From positions 1 through 17,004 of the forward strand of contig CAYYWT010000024.1 in assembly GCA_964475435.1 (NCBI GenBank): a stretch of DNA of 17,004 nucleotides, given 5' to 3'. The notes beneath the pieces were generated by a model. That model was not told the origin of the DNA and made no database searches. It saw nothing but the letters and a program-made list of their open reading frames with translations. Position 1 is the first letter of the stretch. Each line of letters starts with the position of its first letter. Positions 1 to 6,494 of the stretch are shown piece after piece. The position numbers and the translations under genes are program-made. The stretch is from an uncultured Eubacteriales bacterium (GTDB lineage Bacteria > Bacillota > Clostridia > TANB77 > RGIG9151).

Positions 1-220
1 ATACTGAAAGAACTATGTGCGTAATAAAACGGTAATTTAATATTGCAATTTATAAAAAGAAATAGAATTCAAGAAGTTACTTTGTAGTGCAATTAATTTT
101 GGAATAAATGACTTTTATAAGCCTATATATGACCCGTCGTTTGATGAAAATGGCAATGGAATTTGTTATATTAAGGGAAATAATCCTGCAGTAGGAAAGC
201 CTTGCGAATGGTGGGATAGA

Positions 221-619
221 ATGGCTAAAGAACTTAATCCTACCAGAAAAAGTCGCCTTGGTACTGCTTTGGAATATACCGCGTTCCTTGGAGTTATCAT
301 AAAGAAATTAGTAGCAGACGGAGTAAAAGTTGAAACAGCTTGGAAATGGGTATGTTGCGACTCTAAGGAGTTAGGAAATTATAGCAATTCAGCTAAGTCA
401 GAGATAAAGTTAGAACCAACAGGTCGCAGAGAAGTTTTGGGGGTTTATGATTTAGGTAATACGTATAAGATTGTGACATATGGTGACGGCGACTTTATAG
501 CGGCCGGTGCTTGTTTCAAGTCCTTAAGCTCCATTGAGCCACTTGCTTCTTTTGGGTATTATGATTTTTTGTATAATCATAATAATGGTTGTGTTGGGTG
601 GATTGTTTTTGAAGAGTAG
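221..619 (+). CDS. hypothetical protein, possibly the 3' remnant of a longer gene
   Basis: 132-aa ORF. ATG at 221 is preceded by GGTGGGA (210-216). The same frame stays open back to nt 56 with protein-like sequence but has no ATG/GTG/TTG there. No family recognised. A hairpin terminator follows. Confidence 0.45.
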   Translation: MAKELNPTRKSRLGTALEYTAFLGVIIKKLVADGVKVETAWKWVCCDSKELGNYSNSAKSEIKLEPTGRREVLGVYDLGNTYKIVTYGDGDFIAAGACFKSLSSIEPLASFGYYDFLYNHNNGCVGWIVFEE

Positions 620-661
620 TACTGATTACTGAAAAATTATTGAGACACTCACAAAATTATT

Positions 662-699
662 AGAAGGATTTTTGATTTTTTCAAAGTCCTTCTTTTTTT
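662..699 (+). terminator. intrinsic terminator after the 221-619 ORF
   Basis: AGAAGGA (662-668) pairs with TCCTTCT (687-693), with further imperfect pairing inside. A T-run at 693-699 follows. Confidence 0.6.
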
Positions 700-952
700 G
701 TCTAGGGATTTCAATTACTTTTTTTAACTTTAGGAATGAAAGGTGGAAGGTATTTTAAAGGAGAAAAATTACCTATACTCAAAAAATAATTTACATAATT
801 TAAAAATGTTAACTAAAAACTCTTCCATTTTTATGAAATATATGTTAAAATATATCTATACTTTTTGAAAAAACAATAAAGTTACAATCGCATAACTGAT
901 ATATGTTGCATATAATGTTACATATTGAGTTACTTGAGAGGAGAGATTTAAG

Positions 953-1594
953 TTGACTAATTTACTAATGGAGAATAACAAGGTGTTATTATTAGGGAAA
1001 GTGGTAGAAGAACCTAAGCTTAGTCACGAAGTGTACGGAGAAAAATTTTATGAGTTTAGCTTGGAAGTAAAAAGATTGAGTGGGAGCGTGGATGTTATCC
1101 CGGTAATTTTTTCAGAAAGGCTTTTGATGCTAGATAGTCTGATTTCCGGTACTATTGTAAAATTAAATGGTCAATTTAGATCATATAATAATCCGGAAGG
1201 TGGAAAAAGTAAGCTTGTACTTATGGTTTTTGCGAGAGAAATCTTGATTACAGATGTTGCCGAAGAAGAAGATAAAAATGATATATATTTAGAGGGATTT
1301 GTTTGTAAGAAACCGAATTATCGTCAAACTCCTTTTGGAAGGGAAATAAGTGATTTATTGGTTGCGGTTAACCGTGCGTATAATAAGTCTGATTATATTC
1401 CTTGTATCGCTTGGGGAAGAAATGCTAAATACTGCGAAAGCTTTAATGTTGGAGAAAAGATTAGAGTTTATGGTAGAGTACAAAGCAGAGAATACGAAAA
1501 GAAAGACGAAAACGGAAATGCTGTTAAAAAAGTAGCGTATGAAATTTCTGTTGCGAAACTTGAAAAGGTTGAAGAAGAAAAAAGTGAAGAATAG
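953..1594 (+). CDS. SSB-family protein with two tandem OB-folds
   Basis: TTG start 9 nt after GAGGAG (938-943). The second half (LAVNR..D.IPCIAWGRNA....NVGEKIRVYGRVQSREYEKKDENG) matches the SSB OB-fold pattern, and the first half is a more divergent OB-like repeat. The tail is acidic but lacks the canonical D-D-D-I/L-P-F tip. Confidence 0.6.
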   Translation: MTNLLMENNKVLLLGKVVEEPKLSHEVYGEKFYEFSLEVKRLSGSVDVIPVIFSERLLMLDSLISGTIVKLNGQFRSYNNPEGGKSKLVLMVFAREILITDVAEEEDKNDIYLEGFVCKKPNYRQTPFGREISDLLVAVNRAYNKSDYIPCIAWGRNAKYCESFNVGEKIRVYGRVQSREYEKKDENGNAVKKVAYEISVAKLEKVEEEKSEE

Positions 1595-1736
1595 TAATAG
1601 ATAAAAAGTGGCTATAAAGGACTCAAGAGTTAATAAAGCTGTGTGCTTTATACTAATGATAAACGAGTTTTTTACGTCCCTTTTGTGTTAATATTTTAGA
1701 AAAAATGCCGATTTATTAAAAGAGGTGGGAAGGATT

Positions 1737-3035
1737 ATGAAACTAAAAATTAAAATTTTAATTGGAATTTTGGTAGCGTCAATTACAATTTGCGGGATTT
1801 TTATGTTGGTTTTTGAAAATGCTGAGTTTACCAAAATAGTTATTGCGAGAAATGAAGAACAGAAGAAACTTGATGAAGAAGCTCAGAAGAAGGCGGAGGA
1901 AGAAAAAAGGAAACAAGATGAGTATATTGATTCACAAGCTCCGTATGTAGAATATGACGTAAAAAACCAATATTATCAAGGACTAGCTTTAGTAAAGAAA
2001 GACGGGAAATGGGGATATATAGATAAAAACGGACACGTAAAAATTCCTCTTATTTACGATTCAGCGAATAATTTTATGGGAGAGAAAATCGCGAAGGTTA
2101 AAAAGGACGGATTATGGGGATACATAAATACTGAAGGAAAAGAAGTGATACCGGTTGATTACTATTTTTGCGGAGAAATATCTAATGGTATAATCGCAGT
2201 AGGAAAAGGCGGTAAGTATGGATTTATAGATAGAAACGGAAATAAAGTATGTGATCTTTTATATGATAGAGTTGAACCATTTTCAAGCGAAGGAACAGCG
2301 AAGGTTATATTGGATAGGAAATTTGGATATATAAATGCTTCAGGAGTTGTAATAGTGCCGATAGAAAATCCGTCTAATGAAGAAAATAAAGACTTTACCG
2401 GAACTTGGAATAGAACAAAGACGCATTCATCACTCGGAGCTACGCTCGAGATAAATCATCAAATGGCGACATCGTTTGACTTTAAGTTAACATCTAATTA
2501 TTATTCAATAAGTGATACATTTGAAGGAACAGCAGAAATAACGTCTACCAATACAGCAACGTATGTTTACGGATATGGAACTAATCAAGATAAAATTACG
2601 TTTACAATAGTTGATGACTGGATGGAAATTACGTCAGTACTTGGAGGAAATCTTGATATGAGCTCTGAAAATACAATAATAGGAAAATTCGTGAAAGATT
2701 CGCCTGTATATGATAATGAAGGGTTAGTTGAACAATTATTTGCAAAACAAGATGTTTTAACCAGAATAAGACAAACAATAGGCGAAGAATTATACGAAGA
2801 CGACTTCTTATATGGATTAAGGAACGGATTATATGAAGTTAGTAAATTAAAAGATTCGTCAGTAATAAAAGGAACAGTGTACCATGTTTGGGTTCCGACG
2901 ACTGAAAAAAATTATAAGCTTTTAGTAAATGATATGTATGTATACTTCTATTCAAAGAGTCAAGATATTTACAAAACGGACGATCCGGATAGACAGTCGA
3001 GAGTTCCTAGTGATATTACTTATGACGAAATTTAG
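1737..3035 (+). CDS. membrane-anchored WG (KWG)-repeat protein with an unassigned C-terminal domain
   Basis: ATG at 1737 lies behind AGAGGTGGGAAGG, so the track's GTG at 1725 sits inside the RBS. N-terminal TM helix and Lys/Glu-rich linker. At least four repeats of the D/GxWGYI(D/N)xxGxxVIP type (WG-containing repeat family). The last ~220 aa are beta-rich and unrecognised. Confidence 0.75.
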   Translation: MKLKIKILIGILVASITICGIFMLVFENAEFTKIVIARNEEQKKLDEEAQKKAEEEKRKQDEYIDSQAPYVEYDVKNQYYQGLALVKKDGKWGYIDKNGHVKIPLIYDSANNFMGEKIAKVKKDGLWGYINTEGKEVIPVDYYFCGEISNGIIAVGKGGKYGFIDRNGNKVCDLLYDRVEPFSSEGTAKVILDRKFGYINASGVVIVPIENPSNEENKDFTGTWNRTKTHSSLGATLEINHQMATSFDFKLTSNYYSISDTFEGTAEITSTNTATYVYGYGTNQDKITFTIVDDWMEITSVLGGNLDMSSENTIIGKFVKDSPVYDNEGLVEQLFAKQDVLTRIRQTIGEELYEDDFLYGLRNGLYEVSKLKDSSVIKGTVYHVWVPTTEKNYKLLVNDMYVYFYSKSQDIYKTDDPDRQSRVPSDITYDEI

Positions 3036-3066
3036 GGACTGTAAAAATGTTTCATAATGTATTGTA

Positions 3067-3074
3067 CCTAAATT
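3067..3074. repeat. left 8-bp direct repeat (CCTAAATT) flanking element copy A
   Basis: Identical to 3246-3253 and directly abuts the element terminus. Confidence 0.7.
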
Positions 3075-3245
3075 GTTACTAGTCAGACTTAATTACTTAT
3101 CAAAAGATAATATCATTAGTTTTCCCGCTCAAACACGTCCTCGGAGAAAATTTTAACTGAAATTAATTATGAAATTTTCTCCGGTACGACTCGCTCTTTA
3201 AACTAATGATATTATCTTTTTAAAACAAATAGACTGAATAGTAAC
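3075..3245 (+). mobile_element. MITE-like palindromic element, copy A (171 bp)
   Basis: Terminal inverted repeats GTTACTAGTCAGAC / reverse complement GTTACTATTCAGTC. Perfect 21-bp internal inverted repeat (3102-3122 with 3199-3219). Central 11-bp hairpin (3143-3153 with 3172-3182). No ORF. A second copy lies at 15869-16042 in reverse orientation. Flanked by an 8-bp direct repeat. Confidence 0.7.
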
Positions 3246-3253
3246 CCTAAATT
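3246..3253. repeat. right 8-bp direct repeat (CCTAAATT) flanking element copy A
   Basis: Identical to 3067-3074. Confidence 0.7.
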
Positions 3254-3274
3254 TAACAAAATTGACTTTTTAGG

Positions 3275-3303
3275 TTGACTTTTGACGAAGATAGATTTAG
3301 AAT
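3275..3303 (+). promoter_or_regulatory. sigma-A type promoter of the aspS leader
   Basis: TTGACT (3275-3280), 17-nt spacer, TAGAAT (3298-3303). Confidence 0.6.
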
Positions 3304-3309
3304 AAGACG

Positions 3310-3534
3310 AAGGCGTTGATAAAGAGGAGTAAAATTAAACTGAGTTTAAGAGAGGAAACAGAGTTGGTGTGATGTTTCTAACTAAAGTAATTTGAAGACA
3401 CTTTTGAGCAGTTTCGTGATGAAGCGAGATCGTATGGTTACGTTATAGACTAAGAGTTAAAATGTGGGTGGTACCACGGAAGAGATACTTTCGTCCCTAG
3501 AGTAGTTTTTACTACTTTAGGGGCTTTTATTTTT
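3310..3534 (+). promoter_or_regulatory. T-box riboswitch leader, Asp specifier (GAC)
   Basis: Specifier-loop context GAA-GAC-A-CTTTTGAGCA (GAC at 3397-3399) parallels the classic GAA-NNN-A...GAGCA layout. AGAGA element in stem I. T-box sequence AAATGTGGGTGGTACCACGG at about 3460-3479. Terminator/antiterminator alternative lies just before aspS. Confidence 0.85.
3495..3534 (+). terminator. T-box leader terminator
   Basis: CCCTAGAGTAG (3495-3505) pairs with CTACTTTAGGG (3512-3522, one G-U), followed by CTTTTATTTTT. Its 5' arm can pair instead with the T-box GGG. Confidence 0.8.
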
Positions 3535-3552
3535 AAGAGAGGAGAGAATTTT

Positions 3553-5304
3553 ATGAATGAGTACAGAACGCATTATTGCAATGAACTTAGAATGGCTGAT
3601 GTTGGTAAAGAAGTAAGAATAGCCGGGTGGGTACAGACTATAAGAGATTTAGGATCTGTTATTTTCTTGGATATAAGAGATCATTTTGGTATTACTCAGG
3701 CTGTTATAACTGAAGATGAGGAAAATATGAAGATTATTAGAGGGATAAATACGGAAAGTACGGTTTCTATTACCGGTACTGTTCGTGAGCGTTCTAATAA
3801 AAATCCTAATCTTCCGACAGGAGATATTGAAATTGTTCCGTCTAAGATTACTGTATGCGGTAAGTCTAAAAACGTTTTGCCGTTTGAGATTAATATTGAT
3901 CAAGACGTAAGAGAAGATTTAAGACTTGAATATAGATTCCTTGATTTGAGAAATGAGAAAATTCATAATAATATTGTGTTTAGAGCGAAGATTATGAAAA
4001 CTGTTCGTGAAATAATGGACGATATGGGATTTATTGAGGTACAAACGCCTATTTTAACAAGTTCTTCTCCGGAAGGAGCAAGAGACTTTTTAGTTCCAAG
4101 TCGTCTTCATCCGGGAGAGTTTTATGCTTTGCCTCAAGCTCCTCAACAGTTTAAACAACTTTTGATGATGTCAGGCTTTGATAAGTATTATCAAATTGCG
4201 CCATGTTTTAGAGATGAAGATCCTAGAGCTGACAGATCGCCGGGAGAATTTTATCAAGTGGATTTGGAAATGTCATTTGCGACTCAAGAAGATGTGCTTA
4301 AGGCTGTTGAAAATGTTGTACTAAATACGTTTAGAAAGCATACAAATTGGTCAGTTAGCGAAGATGGATTAATTAAAATTCCGTTTAAGGAAGCTATGAA
4401 GAAATATGGTTCAGATAAACCTGATTTAAGGAATCCGCTTATTATCGAGGATGCTACTGAACTATTTAAAGATACTGAATTTGCTGCGTTTAAGGACAAG
4501 ACTGTTAGAATGATTATTGTTCCGAATTGTGCTACTCAAACTAGAAAGTTCTTTGACCAAATGACTGAGTTTGCAGTTAATGAGTGTGGCGCAAAGGGAC
4601 TTGGTTATATTAAAGTTAATGAAGATATGACGTTTAATGGTGGAATAACTAAGTTTGTTACTGAAGAAATGAGAAAAGTATTGTTAGATAAAGTTCATGC
4701 AAATGATGCTGTTTTCTTTATGGCTGATACTGAAGAAGCGATTAATAAAATTGCCGGTGGAGTTAGAATTGAGCTTGGAAAGAGACTTGATTTATTAGAA
4801 AAGAATACTTATAAGTTCTGTTGGATAGTTGATTTCCCTATGTATGAAAAAGATGATGAAGGAAAGATAGAATTTAATCATAATCCTTTCTCGATGCCTC
4901 AAGGCGGACTAGAAGCGTTAAATACGAAAGATCCTTTGGATATTTACGCTTGGCAATATGACTTGGTATGTAATGGCTATGAGCTTGCGTCCGGTGCTGT
5001 TAGAAATCACGATGTAGAAATTATGGAGAGAGCGTTTGAAATTGCGGGTTATACTAAAGAACACGTTGAAGCTAAGTTTGGTGCTTTATATAATGCGTTC
5101 CAATATGGTGCTCCACCTCATGCCGGAGCTGCTCCCGGACTTGACAGAATGGTTATGTTACTTGCTCAAGAGGATAGCATAAGAGAAGTAATTGCTTTCC
5201 CGAAAAATAGTAAAGCTAGAGATTTACTTATGGGTGCACCGTCTAGAGTGTATAAAAATCAGTTGGATGATGTACATATTATGCTAAAACCTATAGAAAA
5301 ATAA
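3553..5304 (+). CDS. aspS: aspartate--tRNA ligase (bacterial type, with insertion domain)
   Basis: 583 aa. N-terminal OB anticodon-binding domain. Class II motifs FRDEDPRADRSPEFYQVD-like (FRDEDPRADRSPGEFYQVDLEMSF) and GLDRMVMLL. RBS GAGAGGAGAG. Asp T-box upstream. Confidence 0.97.
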   Translation: MNEYRTHYCNELRMADVGKEVRIAGWVQTIRDLGSVIFLDIRDHFGITQAVITEDEENMKIIRGINTESTVSITGTVRERSNKNPNLPTGDIEIVPSKITVCGKSKNVLPFEINIDQDVREDLRLEYRFLDLRNEKIHNNIVFRAKIMKTVREIMDDMGFIEVQTPILTSSSPEGARDFLVPSRLHPGEFYALPQAPQQFKQLLMMSGFDKYYQIAPCFRDEDPRADRSPGEFYQVDLEMSFATQEDVLKAVENVVLNTFRKHTNWSVSEDGLIKIPFKEAMKKYGSDKPDLRNPLIIEDATELFKDTEFAAFKDKTVRMIIVPNCATQTRKFFDQMTEFAVNECGAKGLGYIKVNEDMTFNGGITKFVTEEMRKVLLDKVHANDAVFFMADTEEAINKIAGGVRIELGKRLDLLEKNTYKFCWIVDFPMYEKDDEGKIEFNHNPFSMPQGGLEALNTKDPLDIYAWQYDLVCNGYELASGAVRNHDVEIMERAFEIAGYTKEHVEAKFGALYNAFQYGAPPHAGAAPGLDRMVMLLAQEDSIREVIAFPKNSKARDLLMGAPSRVYKNQLDDVHIMLKPIEK

Positions 5305-5332
5305 AAAAGGTGGACTTCAGTCCGCCTTTTTT
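5303..5332. terminator. bidirectional intrinsic terminator between convergent aspS and the minus-strand orphan gene
   Basis: A6, GGTGGAC (5309-5315), loop TTCA, GTCCGCC (5320-5326), T6. Confidence 0.8.
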
Positions 5333-5341
5333 ATTTAAAAA

Positions 5342-6301
5342 TTAATGTAAATATTTATACACTTTTGCTAAGCAATTATTTGCTTGATAAATTCCTGAAA
5401 TTTTGATGATCCTATTTTCATTTTTTACGTCTTTGCCGTTTAATATACTCATTGGAAAATATGAGAAATCTTTACTAAACTTGAGTGTAATAAAATTGTT
5501 TTGCCAACTCATTTCTATTTCACCGTCTTGAGTATGAACAGTGAAATGAGGGGTTCCTTCAGTATCTGAGAAATAATCGTAATTACAATCTTTCCAACCG
5601 GTGTTGTGCATAACAGATAAAATAAATGCCTCGTTTTTTAAAGAATTGCTATACTGAAGACATCCTCTATGCGAAATGTTTGGTGTGTTGTTCCAATCAA
5701 TGTTATCAAAAAGTATATCTTTTAATGTAAGTTCCTGCAAACAATAAGGGCATAACTGGCAGAAATTTGTAAGACAATCAACAGGAAATGGAGAAACTGA
5801 AAAGTTTTTATGAGTAGCACTAAAATCGTTAAGACTAAAAATTATAGGTAACTCATATGACTTTTCTAAAACCCATATAGAACCATCCTTTTTGATAAGG
5901 AATTTACCATAAAGTATGTATTCCCCAAAATTGTTGTAATCCGGATAAGCTTTTCGATACTGCTGTATGTCTGTTAAGTAGTCGATAAATCCACGCATAG
6001 AGTGTAGTTTTAATTCGATATAGCCGACATTACTAAAGAGTGTGCTTGAATAAGAAGGTAGAAATTCATTGTATTTTACCTGGATAAAGTGGTCTTTTCC
6101 AAGACTTTCAGCAATTAGCAATTCGTTTCGGAATAAATCTATTGTCGTGTCTGGAAGTATAGGAGCTCCGTAGATGTCGTACTTTTCAGTTGATACCCAG
6201 CAGCCGTTGACAAGTATTTTCGCACTTTTATAAGTTGCTAGATAAGAAAGAATAAGAGCATTATTAGCTGTGAGTTTAAACTTTACATTCTCAATGATCA
6301 T
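5342..6301 (-). CDS. hypothetical protein (319 aa), no recognisable family, Cys cluster CX5CX2CX2C
   Basis: Long ORF. ATG at 6301-6299 lies 8 nt after GGAGG (6314-6310). The track's upstream ATG (6355) falls at the predicted transcription start and is rejected. No TM segment or signal peptide. Rich in aromatic residues. Confidence 0.6.
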   Translation of the reverse strand: MIIENVKFKLTANNALILSYLATYKSAKILVNGCWVSTEKYDIYGAPILPDTTIDLFRNELLIAESLGKDHFIQVKYNEFLPSYSSTLFSNVGYIELKLHSMRGFIDYLTDIQQYRKAYPDYNNFGEYILYGKFLIKKDGSIWVLEKSYELPIIFSLNDFSATHKNFSVSPFPVDCLTNFCQLCPYCLQELTLKDILFDNIDWNNTPNISHRGCLQYSNSLKNEAFILSVMHNTGWKDCNYDYFSDTEGTPHFTVHTQDGEIEMSWQNNFITLKFSKDFSYFPMSILNGKDVKNENRIIKISGIYQANNCLAKVYKYLH

Positions 6302-6359
6302 TTTAAAATCCTCCACAAAAATAAAATAGTAGATTAAGAAATATAAACTTAACATAACG

Positions 6360-6388
6360 ATTATACAACACTAAATGGCAGTTGTCAA
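6360..6388 (-). promoter_or_regulatory. consensus sigma-A promoter of the orphan gene
   Basis: On the minus strand: TTGACA (6388-6383), exactly 17 nt, TATAAT (6365-6360). Confidence 0.6.
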
Positions 6389-6435
6389 TAAGTTTTGAAT
6401 GTGATATTTTACATAAAGGCTCTTTTTTTAGTGAC

Positions 6436-6464
6436 TTGCTTAAACTAATCAATTGTGATAAACT
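6436..6464 (+). promoter_or_regulatory. candidate miaA-hfq promoter
   Basis: TTGCTT (6436-6441), 17 nt, TAAACT (6459-6464) with an upstream TG (extended -10). Confidence 0.4.
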
Positions 6465-6494
6465 AAAACGTAGTAAAATTAAAGGGGTTTTTTT

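Noticed and set aside
736-789. 17-aa mini-ORF (MKGGRYFKGEKLPILKK) in the intergenic region
   Set aside because: The GGA lies directly against the ATG, so there is no proper RBS spacing. There is no conservation evidence, and such an ORF is expected by chance.
1350-1535. 61-aa plus-strand ORF
   Set aside because: It is an alternative frame wholly inside the SSB-like CDS, with no RBS and no recognisable motif.
1633-1651. Hairpin ATAAAGC-TGTGT-GCTTTAT after the SSB-like gene as a terminator
   Set aside because: It has a 7-bp AT-rich stem with no adjacent T-tract (the T-run lies about 20 nt further on), which is too weak to call.
1646-1661. 15/16 match (CTTTATACTAATGATA) to the element arm CTTTAAACTAATGATA (3196-3211), a possible element remnant
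   Set aside because: The similarity does not extend on either side. My rough estimate is that about one such match is expected by chance in an AT-rich 17-kb window scanned on both strands.
1725-1736. Track starts that extend ORFs upstream: GTG 1725, and likewise GTG 9026 for sepF and TTG 11046 for the SPFH gene
   Set aside because: In each case a downstream ATG has a well-spaced Shine-Dalgarno sequence, and the extended start sits inside or before that RBS.
3649-4499. Minus-strand ORFs 3649-3903 and 4284-4499 from the track
   Set aside because: They lie entirely antisense inside the well-supported aspS CDS. Their composition is low-complexity (Asn/Ile/Ser/Arg-rich), typical of the reverse frame of AT-rich genes, and they have no RBS.
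6302-6355. Upstream ATG start (6355) for the orphan minus-strand gene
   Set aside because: It lies only about 5 nt downstream of the -10 box, so it is probably at or before the transcript start. It has no RBS, whereas ATG 6301 has GGAGG at an 8-nt spacing.
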